NCBI GenBank assembly: GCA_964016885.1
Contig: OZ024743.1
Coordinates: forward strand, 208,196,001-208,260,000
Length of the DNA stretch: 64,000 nucleotides
Origin: Eledone cirrhosa
Taxonomy: Eukaryota
Reading direction: 5' to 3'
The notes beneath the pieces were generated by a model. That model worked only from the letters and a program-made list of their open reading frames with translations. It was not told the DNA's origin and made no database searches. How positions within the stretch are numbered: the stretch's first letter is position 1; every line of letters begins with the position of its first letter. Below are positions 1-15,200 of the stretch, in pieces. The translations under genes and the position numbers were made by a program.

Positions 1-3000
1 GAGTCAACACAATGTCTATATACAGTCAAGGCAATGTCTATATACAGTCAAGGCAATGTTTATATACAGTCAAGAGAATGTCTATATAAATTCAAGACAA
101 TGTCTATATACAGTCAATAAAATGTCTATATACAGTCAGGACAATGTCTATATACGGTCAAGACTATGTCTATATACGGTCAAGAAAATGTCTTAATACA
201 GTCAAGACAATGTCTATATACAGTCAAGACAATGTCTATATACGGTCAAGGCAATGTCTATATATGGTCAAGACAATGTCTCTATATGGTGAAGACAATA
301 TCTAAATATGGTCAAGACAATGTCAATATACAGTCAAGACAATGTCTATATACAGTCAAGACAATGTCTATATACAGTGAAGACAATGTCTATATACGGT
401 CAAGACAATGTCTATATACAGTCAAGACAATGTCTATATACGGTCAAGGCAATGTCTATATACAGTCAAGATAATGTCTATATATGGTCAAAACAATGTC
501 TATATACAGTCAAGACAATGTCTATATACGGCCAAGAGAATATTTATATACAGTCAAGCCAATGTCTATATACAGTCAAGAAAATGTCTATATACGGTCC
601 AGACAATGTCTATATACAGTCAAGACAATATCTATATACGGTCAAGACAATGTCTATATACACTCAAGACAATGTCTATATACACTCAAGACAATGTCTA
701 TATACAGTGAAGACAATGTCTATATACAGTCAAGATAATGTCAATATACAGTGAAGACAATATCTATATACAGTGAAGACAATGTCTATATACACTCAAG
801 ACAATGTCTATATACAGTCAAGACAATGTTTTTATATGGTCGAAACAATGTCTATATACGGTCAAGACAATGTCTTTATACAGTCAAGACAATGTCTATA
901 TATGGTCAAGATAATGTCTATATACGGTCAAGACAATGTCTATATACGGTCAAGACGATGTCTATATAGTCAAGACAATGTCTATATACGGTCAAGATAA
1001 TGTCTATATACGGTCAAGACAATGTCTATGTACAGTCAAGACAATGTTTATATACAGTCAAGACAATGTCTATAGACAGTCAAGACAATGTCTATATAGA
1101 GTCAAGAAAATGACTATATATTGTCATGACAATGTCTATATACAGTCAAGACAATGTCTTTATACGGGCGAGACAATGTCTATATATGGTCAAGACAATG
1201 TCTATATATAGTCAAGACAATGTCTATATATGGTCAATACAATGTTTATATATGGTCAAGACAATGTCTATATACAGTCAAGACAATGTCTATATACAGT
1301 CAAGCCAATGTCTATACATGCTCAAGACAATGTCTATATACAGTCAAGACAATGTCTATATATGTTCAACACAATGTCTATATACGGTCAAAACAATGTC
1401 TATATACAGTCAAGACAATGTCTATATACAGTCAAGACAATGTCTATATACAGTCAAGAAAATGTCTATATACGGTCAAGAAAATTTCTATATACGGTCA
1501 AGACAATGTCTATATACATTCAGGACAATGTCTATATACGGTCAAGATGATGTCTATATACAGTCAAGACAATGTCTATATACATTCAAGACAATGTCTA
1601 TATACAGTCAAGACAATGTCTATATACGGTCAAGACAATGTCTACATACAGTCAAGGCAATGTCTATATACAGTCAAGACAATGTCTATAAACAGTCAAG
1701 ACAATGTCTATATACAGTCAAGACAATGTCAGAATACATGCAAGACAATGTCTATATACAGTCAAGACAATGGCTATATATGGTCAAGACAATGTTTATA
1801 TACAGTCAAGACAATGTCTATATACAGTCAACACAATGTCTATATACGGTCAAGGCAATGTCTATATACAGTCAAGACAATGTCTATATACAGTCAAGAC
1901 AATGTCTATATATGGTCAAGACAATGTCTATATATGGTCAAGACAATGTCTATATACAGTCAAGACAATGTCTATATACAGTCAAGACAATGTCTATATA
2001 CTGTCAAGACAATGTCTATATACAGTCAAGACAATATCTATATACAGTCAAGACAATGTCTATATACGGTCAAGACAACGTCTATATATGGTCAAGACAA
2101 TGTCTATATACAGTCAAGAGAATGTTTATATACAGTCAAGACAATGTCTATATACAGTCAAGACAATGTTTATATACAGTCAAGACAATGTCCATATACA
2201 GTCAAGACAATGTCTATATACGGTCAAGACAATGTCTATATACAGTCAAGACAATGTCTATATACAGTCAAGAGAATGTCTATATATGATCAAGACAATT
2301 TCTATATACAGTCAAGACAATGTCTATATACGGTCAAGATAATGTCTATATACAGTCAAGATAATGTCTATATACAGTCAAGATAATGCCTATAAACGGT
2401 CAAGACAATGTCTATATACGGTCAAGACAATGTCTATATACACTCAAGAAAATGTCTATATACAGTCAAGACATTGTCTACATACGGTCAAGGCAATGTC
2501 TATATACAGTCAAGACAATGTCTATAATCAGTCAAGATAATGTCTATATACAGTCAAGATAATGTCTATAAATGGTACAGACAATGTCTATATACAGTCA
2601 AGACAATGTCTATATACGGTCAAGACATTGTCTATATACGGTCAAGGCAATGTCTATATACAGTCAAGACAATGTCTATATACAGTCAAGACAATGTCTA
2701 TATAAGGTTAAGATAATGTCTATATACGGTCAAGACGATGTCTATATACAGTCAAGACAATGTCTATATACAGTCAAGAAAATCTCTATATACAGTCAAG
2801 GGAATGTCTATATATGGTCAAGACAATGTCTATATACAGTCAAGACAATGTCTATATACGGTCAAGACAATGTCTATATACGGTGAAGACAATGTCTATA
2901 TACAGTCAATACAATGTCTATATACGGTCAAGACAATGTCTATATACAGACAAGACAATGTCTATATACAGTCAAGACAATGTCTATATACAGTCAAGAC

Positions 3001-6000
3001 AATGTCTATATACAGTCAAGACAATGTCTATATACGGTCAAGGAAATGTCTATATACAGTCAAGACAATGTCTATATACAGTCAAGACAATGTTTATATA
3101 CAGTCAAGACAATGTCTATATACAGTCAAGAAAATGTCTATATACAGTCAAGACAATGTTTATATATGGTCAAGACAATGTCTATATATAGTCAAGACAA
3201 TGTCTATATACAGTCAAGACAATGTCTATATACGGTCAAAACTATGTCTATATACGGTCAAGACAATGTCTATATACGGTCAAGACAATGTCTATATACA
3301 CTCATGACAATGTCTATATACGGTCAAGGCAATGTCTATATACAGTGGAGACAATGTCTATATACAGTCAAGACAATGTCTATAGACAGTCAAGACAATG
3401 TCTATATAGTCAAGACAATGTCTATATACAGACAAGACAATGTCTATATACAGTCAAGACAATGTCTATATACAGTCAAGACAATGTCTATATACAGTCA
3501 AGACAATGTCTATATACAGACGAGACAATGTCTATATACAATTAAGACAATGTTTATATACAGTCAAGACAATGTCTATATACAGTCAAGACAATGTCTA
3601 TATACAGTCAAGACAATGTCCATATACAGTCAAGACAATGTCTATATATGGACAAGACAATGTCTATATACAGTCAAGACAATGTCTATATACAGTCAAG
3701 AAAATGTCTATATACAGTCAAGAGAATTTCTATATATGGTCAAGACAATTTCTATATACAGTCAAGACAATGTCTATATACGGTCAAGATAATGTCTATA
3801 TACAGTCAAGATAATGTCTATATACAGTCAAGATAATCTCTATATACAGTCAAGATAATGTCTATAAACGGTCAAGACAATGTCTATATACAGTCAAGAC
3901 AATGTCTATATACAATCAAGACAATGTCTATATACAGTTAAGATTGTCTATATACTGTCAAGGCAATGTCTATATAAGGTCAAGATAATATCTATATACG
4001 GTCAAGACGATGTCTCTATATGATCAAGACAATGTCTATATACAGTCAAGACAATGTCTATATACGGTCAAGAAAATGTCTATAAACAGTCAAGACAATG
4101 TCTATATACAGTCAAGACAATGTCTATATACAGTCAAGACAATGTCTATATACGGTCAAGACAATGTCTATATACAGTCAAGACAATGAATATATCTGGT
4201 CAAGACAATGTCTATATACGGTCAAGACAATGTCTATATACAGTTAAGACAATGTCTATATACATTCAAGGCAATGTCTATATACAGTCAAGTCAATGTC
4301 TATATACAATAAGGCAATGTCTATATACAATCAAGACAATGTCTATATACAGTCAAGACAATGGCTATATATGGTCAAGACAATGTTTATATACAGTCAA
4401 GACAATGTCTATATACGGTCAAGACAATGGCTATATAGACTCAACAAAATGTCTATATACAGTCAAGACAATGTCTATATGCAGTCAAGACAATGTCTAT
4501 ATACAGTCAAGACAATGTCTATATACGGTTAAGATAATGTCTATATACGGTCAAGACTATGTCTCTGTATGAGTAAGACAATGTCTATATAAGGCCAAGA
4601 CGATGTCTATATACAGTCAAGCCAATGTCTATATACGGACAAGAGAATATCTATATACAGTCAAGCCAATGTCTATATACAGTCAAGAAAATGTCTATAT
4701 ACGGTCCAGACAATGTCTATATACAGTCAAGACAATGTCTGTATATGATCAAGAAAATGTCTATATACAGTCAAGACAATGTCTATATACAGTCAAGACA
4801 ATGTCTATATGAGGTCAAGAAAATGTCTATATACAGTCAAGACAATGTCTATATACAGTCAAGACAATGTCTGTATACGGTCAAGACAATGTCTATATAT
4901 GGTCAAGACAATATCTATATACATTCAAGACAATGTCTATATACAGTCAAGGCAATGTCTATATACAGTCAAGACAATATCTATATACAGTCAAGACAAT
5001 TTCTATATACAGTCAAGACAATGGCTATATACACTCAACAAAATGTCTATGTACAGTCAAGACAATGTCTATATACAGGCAAGACGATGTCTATATACGT
5101 TCAAGATAATGTTTATATACAGTCAAGATAATGTCTATATACAGTCAAGATAATGTCTATATACAGTCAAGACAATGTCTATATACAGTCAAGACAATGT
5201 TTATATACAATCAAGACAATGTTTATATACAGTCAAGACAATGTCTATATACGGTCAAGACAATGTTTCATATGGAAAAGACAATGTCTATATACAGTCA
5301 AGACAATGTCTATATACAGTCAAGACAATGGCTATATACACTCAAGAAAATGTCTATATACAGTCAAGACAATGTCTATATACAGTCAAGACAATGTTTA
5401 TATACAGTCAAGACAATGTTTATATACAGTCAAGATAATGTCTATATACAGTCAACACAATGTCTATATACCATCAAGACAATGTCTATATACAGTCAAG
5501 ACAATGTCTCTATATGGTCGAGACAATGTCTATATATGGTCAAGACAATGTCTACATACAGTCAAGACAATGTCTATATACAGTCAAGACAATGTCTATA
5601 TTTGGTCAAGATAATGTCTATATACGGTCAAGGCAGTGTCTATATACGGTCAAGACAATGTTTTATATGGTCAAGACAATGTCTATATACAGTCAAGATA
5701 ATGTCTATATACAGTCAAGACAATGTCTATATACAGTCAAGACAATGTTTATATACAGTCAAGACAATGTTTATATACAGTAAGGACAATATCTATATAC
5801 GCTCAAGACAATGTCTCTATATGATCAAGACAATGTCTATATACAGTCAAGACAATGTCTATATACGGCCAAGAAAATGTCTATATACAGTCAAAACAAT
5901 GTCTATATACAGTCAAGACAATGTCTATATACAGTCAAGACAATGTCTATATACGGTCAAGACAATGTCTCGGTATGATCAAGACAATGTCTATATACGG

Positions 6001-7915
6001 CCAAGACAATGTCTATATATGGTCAAGACAATTTCTATATACAGTCAAGACAATGTCTATATACAGTCAAGACAATGTCTATATAGAGTCAACACAATGT
6101 CTATATACAGTCAAGGCAATGTCTATATACAGTCAAGGCAATGTTTATATACAGTCAAGAGAATGTCTATATAAATTCAAGACAATGTCTATATACAGTC
6201 AATAAAATGTCTATATACAGTCAGGACAATGTCTATATACGGTCAAGACTATGTCTATATACGGTCAAGAAAATGTCTTAATACAGTCAAGACAATGTCT
6301 ATATACAGTCAAGACAATGTCTATATACGGTCAAGGCAATGTCTATATATGGTCAAGACAATGTCTCTATATGGTGAAGACAATATCTAAATATGGTCAA
6401 GACAATGTCAATATACAGTCAAGACAATGTCTATATACAGTCAAGACAATGTCTATATACAGTGAAGACAATGTCTATATACGGTCAAGACAATGTCTAT
6501 ATACAGTCAAGACAATGTCTATATACGGTCAAGGCAATGCCTATATACAGTCAAGATAATGTCTATATATGGTCAAAACAATGTCTATATACAGTCAAGA
6601 CAATGTCTATATACGGCCAAGAGAATATTTATATACAGTCAAGCCAATGTCTATATACAGTCAAGAAAATGTCTATATACGGTCCAGACAATGTCTATAT
6701 ACAGTCAAGACAATATCTATATACGGTCAAGACAATGTCTATATACACTCAAGACAATGTCTATATACACTCAAGACAATGTCTATATACAGTGAAGACA
6801 ATGTCTATATACAGTCAAGATAATGTCAATATACAGTGAAGACAATATCTATATACAGTGAAGACAATGTCTATATACACTCAAGACAATGTCTATATAC
6901 AGTCAAGACAATGTTTTTATATGGTCGAAACAATGTCTATATACGGTCAAGACAATGTCTTTATACAGTCAAGACAATGTCTATATATGGTCAAGATAAT
7001 GTCTATATACGGTCAAGACAATGTCTATATACGGTCAAGACGATGTCTATATAGTCAAGACAATGTCTATATACGGTCAAGATAATGTCTATATACGGTC
7101 AAGACAATGTCTATGTACAGTCAAGACAATGTTTATATACAGTCAAGACAATGTCTATAGACAGTCAAGACAATGTCTATATAGAGTCAAGAAAATGACT
7201 ATATATTGTCATGACAATGTCTATATACAGTCAAGACAATGTCTTTATACGGGCGAGACAATGTCTATATATGGTCAAGACAATGTCTATATATAGTCAA
7301 GACAATGTCTATATATGGTCAATACAATGTTTATATATGGTCAAGACAATGTCTATATACAGTCAAGACAATGTCTATATACAGTCAAGCCAATGTCTAT
7401 ACATGCTCAAGACAATGTCTATATACAGTCAAGACAATGTCTATATATGTTCAACACAATGTCTATATACGGTCAAAACAATGTCTATATACAGTCAAGA
7501 CAATGTCTATATACAGTCAAGACAATGTCTATATACAGTCAAGAAAATGTCTATATACGGTCAAGAAAATTTCTATATACGGTCAAGACAATGTCTATAT
7601 ACATTCAGGACAATGTCTATATACGGTCAAGATGATGTCTATATACAGTCAAGACAATGTCTATATACATTCAAGACAATGTCTATATACAGTCAAGACA
7701 ATGTCTATATACGGTCAAGACAATGTCTACATACAGTCAAGGCAATGTCTATATACAGTCAAGACAATGTCTATAAACAGTCAAGACAATGTCTATATAC
7801 AGTCAAGACAATGTCAGAATACATGCAAGACAATGTCTATATACAGTCAAGACAATAGCTATATATGGTCAAGACAATGTTTATATACAGTCAAGACAAT
7901 GTCTATATACAGTCA
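1..7915 (+). repeat. Higher-order duplication: 1..~1830 repeated at 6086..~7915 (offset 6085 bp)
   Basis: Rare variants recur in order (GAGTCAACAC at 1 and 6086; TAAATTCAAG; GTCTTAATAC; GTCAGAATACATGC). ORF-track entries repeat with offset 6085 (166/6251, 308/6393, 1126/7211). Confidence 0.93.
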
Positions 7916-9214
7916 AGATAATGTCTATATACAGTCATGACAATGTCTACATACAGTCAAGACAATGTTTTTATACTGTCAAGACAATGTTTATATACTG
8001 TCAAGACAATGTTTATATACAGTCAAGATAATGTCTATATACAGTCAACACAATGTCTATATACCTTCAAGTCAATGTCTATATACAGTCAAGACAATGA
8101 CTATAACTGGTCAAGACAATGTCTATATACAGTCAAGACAATGTCTCTATATGGTCGAGACAATGTCTATATATGGTCAAGACAATGTCTATATACAGTC
8201 AAGACAATGTCTATATACAGTCAAGACAATGACTATATACGGTCAAGATAATGTCTATATACAGTGAAGACAATGTCTATATATGGTCAAGACAATGTCT
8301 ATATACAGTCGAAACAATGTCTATATACAATCAAGACAATGTCTATATATATGGTCAAGACAATGTCTATATAGAGTCAAGACAATATCTATATACAGTC
8401 AAGACAATGTCTATATACAGTCAAGACAATGTCTATATACGGTTAAGAAAATGTCTCTATACAGTCAAGACAATGTCTATATACAGTCAAGACAATGTCT
8501 ATATACAGTCAAGACAATGTCTATATACGGTCAAAATAATATCTATATATGGTCAAGACAATGTTTTATATGGTCAAGACAATGTCTATATACAGTCAAG
8601 ACAATGTCTATATACAGTCAAGACAATGGCTATATACACTCAAGAAAATGTCTATATACAGTCAACAAATGTCTATATACAGTCAAGACAATGTTTATAT
8701 ACAGTCAAGACAATGTTTATATACAGTCAAGACAATGTCTATATACAATCAAGACAATGTTTATATACAGTCAAGACAATGTCTATATACAGTCAAGACA
8801 ATGTCTATATAAGGTCAAGATAATGTCTATATACGGTCAAGACAATGTCAATATACAGTCAAGACAATGTCTATATACAGTCAAGAGAATGTCTATATAT
8901 GGTCAAGACAATGTCTATATACAGTCAAGACAATGTCTATATACAGTCAAGACAATATCTATATACAGTCAAGACAATGTCTATATACAGTCAAGACAAT
9001 GTCTATATACGGTCAAGTCAATGTCTATATATGGTCAAGACAATGTCTATATACAGTCAACACAATGTCTATATACGGTCAAGGCAATGTCTATATACAG
9101 TCAAGACAATGTATATATACAGTCAAGACCATGTCTATATACGGTCAAGACAATGTCTATATATGGTCAAGACAATGTCTATATACAGTCAAGACAATGT
9201 CTATATACAGTCAA

Positions 9215-12200
9215 GACAATGTCTATATACAGTCAAGACAATGTCTATATACTGTCAAGACAATGTCTATATACAGTCAAGACAATATCTATATACAGTC
9301 AAGACAATGTCTATATACGGTCAAGGCAATGTCTATATACAGACAAGACAATGTCTATATACAATCAAGACAATGTTTATATACAGTCAAGACAATGTCT
9401 ATATACAGTCAAGACAATGTCTATATACAGTCAAGACAATGTCCATATACAGTCAAGACAATGTCTATATACGGTCAAGACAATGTCTATATACAGTCAA
9501 GACAATGTCTATATACAGTCAAGAGAATGTCTACATACGGTCAAGGCAATGTCTATATACAGTCAAGACAATGTCTATATATAGTAAAGATAATGTCTAT
9601 ATACAGTCATGATAATGTCTATAAACGGTCAAGACAATGTCTATATACAGTCAAGACAATGTCTATATACAGTCAAGACATTGTCTATATACGGTCAAGG
9701 CAATGTCTATATACAGTCAAGACAATGTCTATATACAGTCAAGACAATGTCTATATAAGGTCAAGATAATGTCTATATAAGGTCAAGATAATGTCTATAT
9801 ACGGTCAAGACAATGTCTATATACAGTCAAGACAATGTCTATATACAGTCAAGAAAACGTCTATATACAGTCAAGAGAATGTCTATATATGGTCAAGACA
9901 ATGTCTATATACAGTCAAGACAATGTCTATATACGGTCAAGACAATGTCTATATACGGTGAAGACAATGTCTATATACAGTCAAGACAATGTCTATATAT
10001 GGTGAAGGCAATGTCTATATACAGTCAAGACAATGTCTATATACAGTCAAGACAATGTCTATAGACAGTCAAGACAATGTCTATATAGTCAAGACAATGT
10101 CAATATACAGTCAAGACAATGTCTATATACAGACAAGACAATGTCTATATACAGTCAAGACAATGTCTATATACAGTAAAGACAATGTCTATATACAGTC
10201 AAGACAATGTCTATATACGGTCAAGGCAATGTCTATATACAGTCAAGACAATGTCTATATACAGTCAAGATAATGTCTATATAAGGTCAAGATAATGTCT
10301 ATATACGGTCAAGACAATGTCTATATACAGTCAAGACAATGTCTATACACAGTCAAGAAAATGTCTATATACAGTGAAGAGAATGTCTATATATGGTCAA
10401 GACAATGTCTATATACAGTCAAGACAATGTCTATATACAGTCAAGATAATGTCTATATAAGGTCAAGATAATGTCTATATACGGTCAAGACAATGTCTAT
10501 ATACAGTCAAGAAAATGTCTATATACAGTCAAGAAAATGTCTATATACAGTCAAGAGAATGTCTATATATGGTCAAGACAATGTCTATATACAGTCAAGA
10601 CAATGTCTATATACGGTCAAGGCAATGTCTATATACAGTCAAGACAATGTCTATATACAGTCAAGACAATGTTTATATACAGTCAAGACAATGTCTATAT
10701 ATAGTCAAGACAATGTTTATATATGGTCAAGACAATGTCTATATACAGTCGAGACAATGTCTATATACAGTTAAGACAATGTCTATATACGGTCAAAACA
10801 ATGTCTATATACGGTCAACACAATGTCTATATACGGTCAAGAAAATGTCTATATACAGTCAAGACAATGTCTATATATGGTCAAGACAATGTCTATATAC
10901 AGTCAAGACAATGTCTCTATATGGTCGAGACAATGTCTATATATGGTCAAGGCAATGTCTATATATGGTCAATATAAATGTCTATATACAGTCAAGACAA
11001 TGTCTATATACAGTCAAGACAATATCTATATACAGTCAAGACAATGTCTATAGACAGTCAAGACACTGTCTATATACGGTCAAGACAATGTCTATATATG
11101 GTCAAGACAATGTCTCTATACAGACAACACAATGTCTATATACGGTCAAGGCAATGTCTATATACAGTCAAGACAATGTCTATATACAGTCAAGACAATG
11201 TCTATATACGGTCAAGACAATGTCTATATATGGTCAAGACAATGTCTATATACAGTCAAGACCATGTCTATATACACTCAAGACAATATCTATATACAGT
11301 CAAGACAATGTCTATATACAGTCAAGACAATGTCTATATACGGTCAAGGCAATGTCTATATACATTCAAGACAATGTCTATATACAGTCAAGACAATGTT
11401 TATATATGGTCAAGACAATGTCTATATACAGTCAAGACAATGTCTATATACAGTCAAGACAATGTCTATATACGGTCAAAACAATGTCTATATATGGTCA
11501 AGACAATGTCTATATACGGTCAAGGCAATGTCTATATACAGTCAAGACAATGTCTATATACGGTCAAGGCAATGTCTATATACAGTCAAGACAATGTCTA
11601 TATACAGTCAAGACAATGTCTATAGACAGTCAAGACAATGTCTATATAGTAAAGACAATGTCTATATACAGTCAAGACAATGTCTATATACAGACAAGAC
11701 AATGTCTATATACAGTCAAGACAATGTCTATATACAGTCAAGACAATGTCTATATACAGTCAAGACAATGTCTATATATGGTCAAGGCAATGTCTATATA
11801 CAGTCAAGACAATGTCTATATACAGTCAAGACAATGTCTATATACAGACAAGACAATGTCTATATACAATCAAGACAATGTTTATATACAGTCAAGACAA
11901 TGTCTATATACAGTCAAGACAATGTCTATATAAAGTCAAGACAATGTCCATATACAGTTAAGACAATGTCTATATACGGTCAAGACAATGTCTATATACA
12001 GTCAAGACAATGTCTATATACAGTCAAGAAAATGTCTATATACAGTCAAGAGAATGTCTATATATGGTCAAGACAATTTCTATATACAGTCAAGACAATG
12101 TCTATATACGGTCAAGATAATGTCTATATACAGTCAAGATAATGTCTATATACAGTCAAGATAATGTCTATAAACGGTCAAGACAATGTCTATATACGGT

Positions 12201-15200
12201 CAAGACAATGTCTATATACAGTCAAGACAATGTCTATATACAGTCAAGACATTGTCTATATACTGTCAAGACAATGTCTATATACAGTTAAGATAATGTC
12301 TATATAAGGTCAAGATAATGTCTATATACGGTCAAGACAATGTCTATATACAGTCAAGACAATGTCTATATACAGTCAAGAAAATGTCTATATACAGTCA
12401 AGGGAATGTCTATATATGGTCAAGACAATGTCTATATACAGTGAAGACAATGTCTATATACGGTCAAGACAATGTCTATATACGGACAAGACAATGTCTA
12501 TATACAGTCAAGACAATATCTATATACGGTCAAGGCAATGTCTATATACAGTCAAGACAATGTCTATATACAGTCAAGACAATGTTTATATACAGTCAAG
12601 ACAATGTCTATATACAGTCAAGAAAATGTCTATATACACTCAAGACAATGTCTATATACACTCAAGACAATGTCTATATACGGTTAAAACAATGTCTATA
12701 TACGGTCAAGACAATGTCTATATACGGTCAAGACAATGTCTATATACAGTCAAGACAATGTCTATATATGGTCAAAACAATGTCTATATACGCTCAAGAC
12801 AATGTCTATATACAGTCAAGACAATGTCTATATATGGTCAAGACAATGTCTATATACAGTCAAGACAATGTCTCTATATGGTCGAGACAATGTCTATATA
12901 CAGTCAAGACAATGTCTATATATGGTCAAGACAATGTCTATAAATGGTCAAGACAATGTCTATATACAGTCAAGACAATGTCTATATACAGTCAAGACAA
13001 TATCTATATACAGTCAAGACAATGTCTATATACAGTCAAGACAATGTCTATATACAGTCAAGACAATGTCTATATACAGTCAAGACAATGTCTATATACG
13101 GTCAAGACAATGTCTTTATACAGTCAAGAAAATGTCTATATACAGTCAAGAGAATGTCTATATACGGTCAAGGCAATGTCTAGATACAGGCAAGACAATG
13201 TCTATATACAGTCAAGACAATGTCTATATACAGTCAAGACAACGTTTATATACAGTTAAGACAATGTCCATATAAAGCCAAGACAATGTCTTTATACGGT
13301 CAAGACAATGTCTATATACAGTCAAGACAATGTCTATATACAGTCAAGAAAATGTCTATATACAGTCAAGAGAATGTCTATATATGGTCAAGACAATTTC
13401 TATATACAGTCAAGACAATGTCTATATACGGTCAAGATAATGTCTATATACAGTCAAGATAATGTCTATAAACGGTCAAGACAATGTCTATATACGGTCA
13501 AGACAATGTCTATATACAGTCAAGAAAATGTCTATATACAGTCAAGACATTGTCTACATACAGTCAAGACAATGTCTATATACGGTCAAGACAATGTCTA
13601 TATACAGTCAAGACAATATCTATATACAGTCAAGAGAATGTCTATATATGGTCAAGACAATGTCTATATACAGTCAAGACAATGTCTATATACGGTCAAG
13701 ACAATGTCTATATACAGTCAAGACAATCTCTATATACGGTCAAGGCAATGTCTACATACAGTCAAGACAATGTCTATATACAGTCAAGACAATGTTTATA
13801 TACAGTCAAGACAATGTCTATATACAGTTAAGAAAATGTCTATATACAGTCAAGACAATGTTTATATATGGTCAAGACAATGTCTATATACAGTCAAGAC
13901 AATGTCTATATACAGTCAAGACAATGTCTATATACGGTCAAAACAATGTCTATATACGGTCAAGGCAATGTCTATATACAGTCAAGACAATGTCTATATA
14001 CAGTCAAGACAATGTTTATATACAGTCAAGACAATGTCTATATACAGTCAAGAAAATGTCTATATACAGTCAAGACAATGTTTATATATGGTCAAGACAA
14101 TGTCTATATACAGTCAAGACAATGTCTATATACAGTCAAGACAATGTCTATATACGGTCAAAACAATGTCTATATATGGTCAAGACAATGTCTATATACG
14201 GTCAAGACAATGTCTATATACAGTCAAGAAAATGTCTATATACAGTCAAGACAATGTCTATATATGGTCAAGACAATGTCTATATACAGTCAAGACAATG
14301 TCTCTATATGGTCGAGACAATGTCTATATATGGTCAAGACAATGTCTATATACAGTCAAGACAATGTCTATAAATAGTCAAGACAATATCAATATACAGT
14401 CAAGACAATGTCTATAGACAGTCAAGACAATGTCTATATACGGTCAAGACAATGTCTATATATGGTCAAGGCAATGTCTATATACAGTCAACACAATGTC
14501 TATATACGGTCAAGGCAATGTCTATATACAGTCAAGACAATGTCTATATACAGTCAAGACAATGTCTATATACGGTCAAGACAATGTCTATATATGGTCA
14601 AGACAATGTCTATATACAGTCAAGACAATGTCTATATACAGTCAAGACAATGTCTATATACTGTCAAGACAATGTCTATATACAGTCAAGACAATATCTA
14701 TATACAGTCAAGACAATGTCTATATACGGTCAAGACAACGTCTATATATGGTCAAGACAATGTCTATATACAGTCAAGACAATGTTTATATACAGTCAAG
14801 ACAATGTCTATATACAGTCAAGACAACGTTTATATACAGTCAAGACAATGTCCATATACAGTCAAGACAATGTCTATATACGGTCTAGACAATGTCTATA
14901 TACAGTCAAGACAATGTCTATATACGGTCAAGATAATGTCTATATACAGTCAAGATAATGTCTATATACAGTCAAGATAATGTCTATAAACGGTCAAGAC
15001 AATGTCTATATACGGTCAAGACAATGTCTATATACAGTCAAGACAATGTCTATATACTGTCAAGACAATGTCTATATACAGTCAAGACAATATCTATATA
15101 CAGTCAAGACAATGTCTATATACGGTCAAGGCAATGTCTATATACAGACAAGACAATGTCTATATACAATCAAGACAATGTTTATATACAGTCAAGACAA